NCBI GenBank assembly: GCA_035280845.1 | Contig: DATEFB010000025.1 | Location: 740-64,739 of the forward strand | Source of the DNA: Candidatus Saccharimonadales bacterium | GTDB taxonomy: Bacteria; Patescibacteriota; Saccharimonadia; Saccharimonadales; EFPC-124 | Direction of reading: 5' to 3' | Length of the DNA: 64,000 nt | Part shown: positions 42,985 to 50,947 of the stretch, in pieces | Layout of the letters: every line of letters begins with the position of its first letter | Position numbering within the stretch: the stretch's first letter is position 1 | The notes under the pieces: generated by a model | What the model was told of the DNA's origin: nothing | Seen by the model: the letters and a program-made list of their open reading frames with translations, nothing else | Database searches by the model: none | Program-made: the position numbers and the translations under genes

Positions 42985-44820
42985 ATGGCTCAAGACCAAT
43001 CCAAAATTCGAAATATTGCAATTATTGCCCACGTCGACCACGGCAAGACGACTCTTGTTGACGGTCTTTTAAAGCAATCCAAGACATTCCGCGACAACCA
43101 GGCCGAAATGAGCCAGGAGCTCATTATGGACTCTGGCGACCAAGAGCGTGAACGTGGCATTACCATTACCGCCAAAGTAACGGCCGTGCAACATGGCGAC
43201 TACCGTATTAACATTATTGACACCCCTGGCCACGCCGACTTTTCTGGCGAAGTAGAGCGCACCCTTAACATGGCCGACGGCTGCCTGTTAATTGTAGATG
43301 CCCAGGAAGGCCCAATGCCTCAGACCAAGTTCGTGCTTGGTAAGGCGCTCGCCAGCGAGCTGAAGCCAATCGTCGTCATTAACAAGATCGACAAGCCTGG
43401 CAGCCGCGTTCAGGAAGTCGAAGACGAACTTGCCGACCTCTTTTTGGAGCTTGCCGTCCACGAAGACCAGCTCCACTACCCCATTTATTACGCCATCGGC
43501 CGCGAAGGTAAAGCATGGAAAGAAATGCCTGCCGACCCAGGCGCAGACGCCGACCTTGACCCTATTTTTGATGCAATCATGAGCCACATCCCTGCGCCAA
43601 GCGTAGAGGTGGACAAGCCATTCCAGATGCTTGCCACTGCCCTTGCCTGGGACAACTACAAAGGTAAGTACGCCATTGGCCGCATTACCCGTGGCCGCAT
43701 TAAGGGCGGTGACCCAGTTGTTATTTGCAAAAAAGACGGCACCCAAACAAAGGGCAAAGTCGAGCTTGTATTTATGAGCCACGGCCTAGCCAAGTTTGAA
43801 GTTCCAGAAGGCATCGCTGGCGACATTGTGCAGCTCACTGGCATTGCCGACGTGCAGATTGGCGAAACAATCGCCGACCCTGAATTTCCAGAGGCCCTGC
43901 CGATTATTGAGGTGGAAGCTCCAACACTCGAAGTATTCCTGGGGCCTAACACCAGTCCTTTTAAGGGTTTAGAGGGCGAATTTAACACTGGCCGCCAAAT
44001 CGGTGACCGCCTTAAGAAAGAGCTCGAGACTAACGTTGGTTTGCGTGTGCAAGAAGACGGCATCGGTTACAAAGTAGCTGGCCGAGGCGAATTGCACGTG
44101 AGCGTGCTTATTGAAACCATGCGCCGCGAGGGCTACGAGTTCGAAGTTGGCCGTCCGCAGGTCGTCCTGAAAGAAGAAGACGGCAAAAAGATGGAGCCAA
44201 TCGAAGAGCTGATCATTGAAGTTCCTGCTGAACACGTTGGTACCGTACAGATGGAGCTCGGCCAGCGCCGCGCTGCCCTGAAAGAACAGTTTGCCAGCCC
44301 CAAAGGCGTGACCAAACTGGTCTACGAGCTGCCAACCCGCGCACTACTTGGACTCCGCAACATCCTGATGACCCAAACCAAGGGGACGATTGTTATGAAC
44401 AGCCTGCTTGTTGGCTACCAGCCGCTTGGCTCTGCCTTGCAACAGCTGCGTAACGGCGTGCTGATTTCGTTCGAGACCGGTGTTACAACGCCCTATGCCC
44501 TCGAAACTGCTGAACAGCGTGGCACGGTATTCGTAAACCCTGGCGAGAAAGTCTACGCCGGCCAGGTAATCGGCCTTAACCGTCGCCAGGAAGACCTCGA
44601 GATTAACGTATGTAAGGCAAAACACCTCACCAACATGCGCAGTAGCTCGAGCGATGGCGTGATCCAGCTGACCCCTCCGACTATATTTAGCCTGGAGCAG
44701 TGCCTGGACTTCATCGAGAATGATGAACTCTTGGAAGTGACGCCTAAAAACCTGCGTTTGCGCAAACGCGAGCTGAACCCAACAATGCGCAAGCGTCAGA
44801 ACTATAACGCCCGCGCCTAG
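42985..44820 (+). CDS. typA: Translational GTPase TypA/BipA
   Basis: [25 protein letters not shown] and NKID GTPase motifs. EF-G-like domain order and a BipA-type C-terminus. Confidence 0.95.
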   Translation: MAQDQSKIRNIAIIAHVDHGKTTLVDGLLKQSKTFRDNQAEMSQELIMDSGDQERERGITITAKVTAVQHGDYRINIIDTPGHADFSGEVERTLNMADGCLLIVDAQEGPMPQTKFVLGKALASELKPIVVINKIDKPGSRVQEVEDELADLFLELAVHEDQLHYPIYYAIGREGKAWKEMPADPGADADLDPIFDAIMSHIPAPSVEVDKPFQMLATALAWDNYKGKYAIGRITRGRIKGGDPVVICKKDGTQTKGKVELVFMSHGLAKFEVPEGIAGDIVQLTGIADVQIGETIADPEFPEALPIIEVEAPTLEVFLGPNTSPFKGLEGEFNTGRQIGDRLKKELETNVGLRVQEDGIGYKVAGRGELHVSVLIETMRREGYEFEVGRPQVVLKEEDGKKMEPIEELIIEVPAEHVGTVQMELGQRRAALKEQFASPKGVTKLVYELPTRALLGLRNILMTQTKGTIVMNSLLVGYQPLGSALQQLRNGVLISFETGVTTPYALETAEQRGTVFVNPGEKVYAGQVIGLNRRQEDLEINVCKAKHLTNMRSSSSDGVIQLTPPTIFSLEQCLDFIENDELLEVTPKNLRLRKRELNPTMRKRQNYNARA

Positions 44821-44927
44821 CCCGTATATCACCAGCAGCCATGCAGCTGGCGTCAATGCAGCATTTGGTAGGGTGGGACGTTGTATTCCCTCCAAACCTT
44901 CAATCAGCTTGAAGACTTAGAGGGAAC

Positions 44928-44955
44928 GGCGCTCTTGTATGGTACCAAGAGCGCC
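44928..44955 (-). terminator. GC-rich hairpin downstream of the 45400 gene
   Basis: GGCGCTCTTG - 8 nt - CAAGAGCGCC, 10 nt past the stop. Confidence 0.45.
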
Positions 44956-44965
44956 ACGATGCTGG

Positions 44966-45400
44966 TCACGCCAGCACCTCCCGGAGGATCGTGATCGTGC
45001 GGTTGAGGCAGTAGCGCCTGCCCTCAACGTTGTACGCGTACTTCTCGTGGCAGCACTCGCGGCAGGACGCCGTGGTGTCCCAGTCGACCTGGTCAGGCGT
45101 CAGCTCGACGACAGACAGCCCCTCGGCGCGGGCACGCTCGGCCAACGCTTTGGCGTCGGCGATGAGCTGCTGGCGCTCGGCGTGGGCCTTGCGGGCCTCC
45201 ACGATGAGCCTGCTCAGGTGGTTCGAGAAGTGCTCGAAGCAGTAGGTGTCACCCTCGATGCACCACAGCGACTGCTCGACATAACATTCGGTGCAGTAGA
45301 TGTGGCTCAGGGGCTCGAACGGGCCCAGGTCGAGAGGGCCGTTCAGTGCCTTGAACTCGGCCACGAGGGCCGCGATCTGCTCGGTTGCGAGCACGGTCAT
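44966..45400 (-). CDS. Cys-rich putative double zinc-ribbon protein with a central coiled coil (144 aa), GC-rich
   Basis: CTEC-x15-CFEH and CREC-x14-C motifs flank the helical stretch EARKAHAERQQLIADAKALAERARAEG. AAGGAG lies upstream of the ATG at 45400. Confidence 0.5.
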   Translation of the reverse strand: MTVLATEQIAALVAEFKALNGPLDLGPFEPLSHIYCTECYVEQSLWCIEGDTYCFEHFSNHLSRLIVEARKAHAERQQLIADAKALAERARAEGLSVVELTPDQVDWDTTASCRECCHEKYAYNVEGRRYCLNRTITILREVLA

Positions 45401-45489
45401 ATAAACGCTCCTTAGGAGGACAACCAGGGTTGGTCTAAGAGAAGATAATAACATTTTTTATGCCTTTTGTCAATAAAAAACATAAGCGT

Positions 45490-46152
45490 CTAATCTGGCA
45501 GGCGACCTGTGAACCAATCGCGAACCAGCTGCGAATCTAAAACGCCGTGTGCCTGCAGCGCGGCGGAGATGTCATCTACCATGAGGCTGGGGCCCGAAAC
45601 GTAGAATAAGCTTTTATTGGGCTCTGTTGCGGCAAGGACATGCCCAAAGTTTAAACGCTCCCCCACGATGTAGTGCAGGGAGAATTCGGGATACGCCGTT
45701 GCCCACTGGTCGAGCTCTGATTTAAAAATGCTATCACCAGTAGCGGATGCATATATAAGAGTGATTGGCAGGCGTTCGCCGGTAAGTACCCGCTGTTTAA
45801 GCATGGCGCGGAATGGCGTTATGCCAATGCCTGACGCCAGGAATACAGGCTGGAGGGTCGTTTCGCGCCACGTAAATGTACCACCAAATGCGTTTCCCTC
45901 CACGTTTTCACCCGACTGCAGGCCAAATAAACTGCGTTTATAGGGGCTGTCGCTTGGGCGCGTGGTAATTGCGATCACTCCCTCGGCGGGCGCCGACGAA
46001 ATAGTGAAGGTGTGTTCGATTGGAGCGTAATCCCCAGGCACTTCTAGATGGAACGAATGACCCGCCTGCCATTCAAGTGGTTCAGCAAGGTGAAAGACAA
46101 AAGTTGCGGCGTTGCCGCCTTCCGCCCGAATGTGGTTCAGGGTTAATTTCAT
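45490..46152 (-). CDS. Ferredoxin-NADP reductase-like FAD/NAD(P)-binding oxidoreductase
   Basis: FAD-binding R-x-(Y/F)-(S/T)-like EHTFTISS and the NAD-binding FLASGIGITPFRAML. Confidence 0.7.
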   Translation of the reverse strand: MKLTLNHIRAEGGNAATFVFHLAEPLEWQAGHSFHLEVPGDYAPIEHTFTISSAPAEGVIAITTRPSDSPYKRSLFGLQSGENVEGNAFGGTFTWRETTLQPVFLASGIGITPFRAMLKQRVLTGERLPITLIYASATGDSIFKSELDQWATAYPEFSLHYIVGERLNFGHVLAATEPNKSLFYVSGPSLMVDDISAALQAHGVLDSQLVRDWFTGRLPD

Positions 46153-46196
46153 GTGTCCCTATTGTACCCCAGACGACATCGACGAGAGTACTGCTA

Positions 46197-46225
46197 TAGA
46201 CAAAAATTAAAGCTTATGTTACTAT
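46197..46225 (+). promoter_or_regulatory. Candidate promoter for the DEAD-box helicase gene
   Basis: TAGACA - 17 nt - TACTAT, about 90 nt upstream of the ATG. Confidence 0.3.
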
Positions 46226-46317
46226 GTACGTACCTATTGATGGATACGAGTGTTACACCCAGTTCTCGCCGTTCATCTACGTGAGAATAGGCATATAACA
46301 CTAACCGAAAGGTATTC

Positions 46318-47535
46318 ATGAACAATTCTAATTTTAAGCCGCGCCGTCGGCCTGTTGGCGGTAGCCGTTTTGGTGGCCAGAGCCGTCCTCGTTACGGTAA
46401 CTCTGCCCCACGTAAGGGTATTGGTAAATACATCCACCCGGACAAGTTTGTAAACAAGGCCAAGCCTGCTGCTGACGTTATTCCTTACGAATCAACCCAC
46501 ACATTTGCTGACTTTGGTTTTGCCCCTGCCCTGCAGCGCAACATTGACGCTAAAGGCTATGTGCATCCTACTCCAATCCAGGACGAAGCTATTAAGCCAG
46601 TCATGGAAGGGAAAGACCTTATTGGCCTTGCCAACACCGGTACTGGTAAGACGGCTGCATTCTTGCTGCCGATTCTGTCGCGCATCGTGAACGACCCAGA
46701 CAGCGCTCGTGTGCTTGTTATGGCTCCAACCCGCGAACTTGCTGTACAGATTGACGAAGAATTCCGTGCCTTTGCCAAAGGCCTTAACCTGTACAGTGCC
46801 CTTTGTGTAGGCGGTGTAAACATTGGCCCACAGATTAAGCAAATTAAGCGCGGCCCGCACCTTGTTATTGGTACGCCCGGCCGTCTTAAAGACCTGGTTC
46901 AGCAGAAGGCTTTGCGCCTTGGTGCTGCCAACGTGCTTGTTTTGGACGAAGCCGACCGCATGCTCGACATGGGCTTCATTAAGGACATTCAGTTCTTGAT
47001 TGGCCAGCTCGACACCAACCGCCAGTCTTTGTGCTTTAGCGCAACGATTACTCCCGAAATCCGTACTCTTATTGATGGCATGCTGAAAGAGCCTGTAACT
47101 GTTTCTGTCCGCACGAGCGAGACCAGCGAGCATGTCGAACAGGACGTGATTCACGCTACCTCAAAAGAACACAAGATTGAAATCCTTGAAGACTTGCTGA
47201 AGAAGCCTGACTTCGAGAAGGTCATTGTGTTCGGCCAAACTAAACACGGCGTACAGCGCCTGGCAGAAAAGCTTAGCAGCGCTGGTATTCCTAGCGAAGC
47301 TATTCATGGCAACAAGAGCCAGGGCCAACGCCAACGTGCCTTGAACGACTTTAAGACGAACCGTGTCCGCGTACTGGTTGCTACCGATGTTGCAGCACGC
47401 GGTTTGGACATTCCAAACGTTAGCCACGTGATTAACTTTGACCAACCTGCAACCTACGAAGAATACGTGCACCGCATTGGCCGTACTGGCCGTGCCGGTA
47501 AGCGCGGCAGCGCCCTGACCTTTATTTCAAAATAA
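46318..47535 (+). CDS. DEAD-box ATP-dependent RNA helicase
   Basis: Q motif, ANTGTGKT, PTRELA, VLDEADRMLDMGF, SAT, HRIGRTGRAG. N-terminal Arg/Gly-rich extension. Confidence 0.95.
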   Translation: MNNSNFKPRRRPVGGSRFGGQSRPRYGNSAPRKGIGKYIHPDKFVNKAKPAADVIPYESTHTFADFGFAPALQRNIDAKGYVHPTPIQDEAIKPVMEGKDLIGLANTGTGKTAAFLLPILSRIVNDPDSARVLVMAPTRELAVQIDEEFRAFAKGLNLYSALCVGGVNIGPQIKQIKRGPHLVIGTPGRLKDLVQQKALRLGAANVLVLDEADRMLDMGFIKDIQFLIGQLDTNRQSLCFSATITPEIRTLIDGMLKEPVTVSVRTSETSEHVEQDVIHATSKEHKIEILEDLLKKPDFEKVIVFGQTKHGVQRLAEKLSSAGIPSEAIHGNKSQGQRQRALNDFKTNRVRVLVATDVAARGLDIPNVSHVINFDQPATYEEYVHRIGRTGRAGKRGSALTFISK

Positions 47536-48481
47536 TAGGTGACGCGATTGCATCCAACAGGCTCAGCGGTATTATACTGCTGGCCTGTTTTGGATTTTGG
47601 ATGAACGTTGGCGCGTGGCTGGCGTTCGTTAATTCTGCCAACAGGTGGAATGTTATAAAGATTTTCTCGAAGTGCTTTTGCACGCTGGCATTATCGAAAT
47701 AGCGGTCGGCAGCCACTGCGACGTGGTGCACTGGCAGGCCAACGTGCACCGTTGTGTTGTCGAGCGTTAAGAATTCTGAGCCCGTCTTCATGTACGTGCG
47801 CAGGTCGCTTTCCTGCCATAGTTTAATCTCGAAGGCCATGTTGGCCTGTTGCTGCTCGGGAGTCGCGTTTTTAAATTTTTCGCGGGCATTCGGTGTTTTG
47901 TGGTATGCCCGACTCAATACAAATGAGTTTAAGAACAGGCTGCGGTAGATATCTGACAGCACGGGCAGCGCAAACACCCTCGAGCCCCACAAAAAGAAAT
48001 TGCGGCGGTTTGGCGGCAGAATAAAATCGCTGCTATGGGCAAATCCAAACAGGCTAATGAGCTTGCTCACGTTGCGCACAAGGTCGGGGTGGCGCTGCAG
48101 CATGCGCGTTACAATAACAAACCCAAGGCTCATGCCAATAACCACTACGCGTTCGCCGTTTTTGTATCGATCGCGCATAAAATTTGCAAGGTAGTCGGCC
48201 AAGTTGTCGATTGTGGCGGGCTTGCCGATGGTGTATAGGCTATCCATGCCGCCAAAACCTGGCAAATCGGGCATAGTGACTGCGCAGCGTTGGTTCAGGA
48301 GCTGCATAATTCCCTGCCAGCGCTCCAAGTTAGAATGATGGCCATAAATAAACAGGGCTTCGGGAGCGCCTTTTTTAGGAGCTGGCATATGTAAAACGCG
48401 CCCATGCAGGCCGTTGACTGTCAGCGGTGATATGAATTGGTCCATAGCTGCCACTTTAGGGCACGTTGTGAAGTAGCGCAA
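47522..48481 (-). CDS. Alpha/beta-fold hydrolase
   Basis: HG-like oxyanion region (FIYGHHSN) and nucleophile elbow VIGMSLGF. Confidence 0.65.
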   Translation of the reverse strand: MRYFTTCPKVAAMDQFISPLTVNGLHGRVLHMPAPKKGAPEALFIYGHHSNLERWQGIMQLLNQRCAVTMPDLPGFGGMDSLYTIGKPATIDNLADYLANFMRDRYKNGERVVVIGMSLGFVIVTRMLQRHPDLVRNVSKLISLFGFAHSSDFILPPNRRNFFLWGSRVFALPVLSDIYRSLFLNSFVLSRAYHKTPNAREKFKNATPEQQQANMAFEIKLWQESDLRTYMKTGSEFLTLDNTTVHVGLPVHHVAVAADRYFDNASVQKHFEKIFITFHLLAELTNASHAPTFIQNPKQASSIIPLSLLDAIASPIILK

Positions 48482-48595
48482 TAATGTGAGTTTTTAAGCA
48501 GACAACTTTAGTAACTTATGCTTTTATTCCCGTAACGGATATGGTATATATGAAGGTGAATGTTCGGGAGAGTCCCGTTATTTGGAATGTAAACC

Positions 48596-49066
48596 GTGAC
48601 CGAAAGGTTTGGAGTGCGCACAGGCAAATCCAGAGTATTAAAATGGTCTGCCGTCGTCGCGGTAGTACTATTTGCTATCGCGGGGGCGTTTTATATAGAC
48701 ACTCATGGTCAGGAAATCAGGCACCAGCTTACGCTTGCGACAACACGCCAGCCCGAGCAGTTTACTGAACTCTATCTTCTGGACACCAATACATTGCCAG
48801 CAACTGTAACGCCGGGCCAAACGGTCCCGTTGCATTTTGCTATTAAAAACCTCGAACAAAAACCTATGGATTACCAGTACGTCATTACCTTTACTGACGC
48901 TGCCGGCCAAACAGAATTGCACACTGCAAACGTGCACCTTGCAAACAGCCAATCACAAATGATTACCCAGAATGTCGTGGTGCCCAAGGGCGAAGGCCGC
49001 GGCAAGCTGGTTGTGCAATTAACACATAAGAACCAGTCAGTACACTACTGGTTAGAGAGGTCATAG
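48596..49066 (+). CDS. Membrane-anchored hypothetical protein, first gene of the glycan locus
   Basis: N-terminal TM WSAVVAVVLFAIAGAFY followed by a small beta-rich domain. GTG start. Confidence 0.5.
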   Translation: MTERFGVRTGKSRVLKWSAVVAVVLFAIAGAFYIDTHGQEIRHQLTLATTRQPEQFTELYLLDTNTLPATVTPGQTVPLHFAIKNLEQKPMDYQYVITFTDAAGQTELHTANVHLANSQSQMITQNVVVPKGEGRGKLVVQLTHKNQSVHYWLERS

Positions 49067-49074
49067 GAACCTGC

Positions 49075-49788
49075 ATGAAAGTTAGCATTGTGATTCCAGC
49101 CCTGAACGAAGAAGCGGGCATTGGTAAAGTACTTAAAGAAATTCCGCACGAACAGCTGAACGCTGATGGATACGAAGTGGAGGTGCTTGTTATAGACAAC
49201 GGCTCCACCGACCGCACTGCCGAGATTGCGCGCGAGCATGGCGCACGGGTGATTATTCAGCCTATCCGTGGTTACGGCAATGCTTACAAAGCTGGTTTTG
49301 CAAACGCGACCGGTGACTTTATTGCCACTGGTGACGCCGACCTTACCTATCCGTTCGACGAACTGCCTGGTATTTTGGCAAACATGCGCGCCCAAGACCT
49401 GGACTTTGTTACCACGGACCGTCTGACTACACTCGATCCAAACGCAATGACCCGTTCCCACGTATGGGGCAACTGGTTGTTCAGTACAACGACCAAGGTT
49501 CTGTTCCGCTTGCCATTTAATGACTCCCAGTCTGGCATGTGGATCTTTAAGCGAGAAATCTGGCCTCACCTGAACGTGAACGCTGCCGGCATGCCATTCT
49601 CGCAAGAGCTGAAGATCGAAGCGCACATGAAGGGCTTCCGCTGCGCCGAAGTGCCAATCACCTACCGCGCACGCGTCGGTGCCGTTAAACTGAGCACCTA
49701 CAAAGACGGTATCGGTAACGCTGTGCATCTTGCTAAAAAACGCATCTCAACCCGTAAACGACGCACTGCTGCTGCCGTATCTAAGTAG
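49075..49788 (+). CDS. Family 2 glycosyltransferase (polyprenyl-phosphate glycosyltransferase-like)
   Basis: VSIVIPALNEE, VIDNGSTD and GDADLTYP (DxD) motifs. Confidence 0.85.
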   Translation: MKVSIVIPALNEEAGIGKVLKEIPHEQLNADGYEVEVLVIDNGSTDRTAEIAREHGARVIIQPIRGYGNAYKAGFANATGDFIATGDADLTYPFDELPGILANMRAQDLDFVTTDRLTTLDPNAMTRSHVWGNWLFSTTTKVLFRLPFNDSQSGMWIFKREIWPHLNVNAAGMPFSQELKIEAHMKGFRCAEVPITYRARVGAVKLSTYKDGIGNAVHLAKKRISTRKRRTAAAVSK

Positions 49789-49801
49789 GTACGCCCCAGC
49801 C

Positions 49802-50947
49802 ATGACCGCACCTAAAAAGCGCATCGTTATTGTGAGCCACTACTACCCGCCACACACTGGGGGTATTGAAATGGTGGCCAAAAACCAGGCCGAACGGTTG
49901 GCTGCGCTGGGTCATACGGTCACGGTTGTAACAAGCGGCACGAGCCTTAAAGAACCTGCAGGCATGATAAACGGCGTGCGTGTTTTGCGCATACCTGCCC
50001 TTAACGCTTTCGAGAAAAAAGGTGTGCCATTTCCACTGACAGCGCCAATTATGCTTATCTCGACACTGGTAAGCGTCATTCGCAAAGCAGATGTCGTGCA
50101 TATTCATGACGCAATTTACGTGCCATGCTTTACGGCCGCAATTGTTGCCAAGGTGCTGCGGCGGCCCGTTGTTTTAACGCAGCACGTGGGTATTGTGCCA
50201 CACAAACCGTTGGTGGTTGCCATGCAAAAGGTCATGCACAGCACTGCTGGCGCAATCGTGTATAAAACCAGCAAAGTAGTGTGTACGCTGAACGACAGTG
50301 TTGAGCAACACGTTCGTGGCCGTGGCGTTAAACCAGAAAGCCTGAAGGCATTGGCGAACGGCGTCGACACCACGCTATTCCGCCCGGCAAGCCAGTACGA
50401 AAAAAACGCCGCCCGCGAAGAGTTTGGCCTAAGCCACGACAAGCCAGTCGTGCTTTTTGTTGGCCGCGCAGTTCCTAAAAAAGGATACGACAAAGTGCTG
50501 GCCGCGTGTTCATCTGATTACCAATTAGTATTTGCGGGTGGCGAGCCGAGCACTGGTGACGAGCCGCACGTCGTGCACCTGGGCAAGCTCAGCCAGGACA
50601 AGCTGGCGCGCGTGTACCGTGCTGCCGATATTTTTGTGCTGCCGTCTGAAGGCGAAGGCTTCCCAATGTCGGTGCAAGAAGCAATGGCGAGCGGTTTGCC
50701 TGTTATAACTACCGACGACCCGGGCTATGCGCGGTATAAACTCAACAAGAAGCGCACAGTTCTGCTTAAAGAGCCGACCGCAAAATCTGTACGCACGGCA
50801 ATTGTAGACCTGCTGGCCGACAAAAAACGCCGTACCGATATGGCGCTATATTCACGCTCGTATGCCGAGGAACACTTTAGCTGGGACACAATTGTCGCCG
50901 ACTTGAACGATATATATGATGGTTTGCTGCCAAGGACTCAGGCATGA
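49802..50947 (+). CDS. Family 4 (GT-B) glycosyltransferase
   Basis: IVIVSHYYPPHTGGIE N-terminus and the E-x7-E region LPSEGEGFPMSVQEAMASGLPVI. I prefer the start at 49802 over the overlapping 49730. Confidence 0.85.
   Translation: MTAPKKRIVIVSHYYPPHTGGIEMVAKNQAERLAALGHTVTVVTSGTSLKEPAGMINGVRVLRIPALNAFEKKGVPFPLTAPIMLISTLVSVIRKADVVHIHDAIYVPCFTAAIVAKVLRRPVVLTQHVGIVPHKPLVVAMQKVMHSTAGAIVYKTSKVVCTLNDSVEQHVRGRGVKPESLKALANGVDTTLFRPASQYEKNAAREEFGLSHDKPVVLFVGRAVPKKGYDKVLAACSSDYQLVFAGGEPSTGDEPHVVHLGKLSQDKLARVYRAADIFVLPSEGEGFPMSVQEAMASGLPVITTDDPGYARYKLNKKRTVLLKEPTAKSVRTAIVDLLADKKRRTDMALYSRSYAEEHFSWDTIVADLNDIYDGLLPRTQA

Noticed and set aside
24768-45400. Explaining the GC-rich islands simply as metagenome mis-assembly or contamination.
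   Set aside because: This is not fully rejected. It seems unlikely because there are five separate short blocks, each flanked on both sides by backbone sequence. Their boundaries fall in intergenic regions, with intact gene starts and stops. Read-level verification is still needed.
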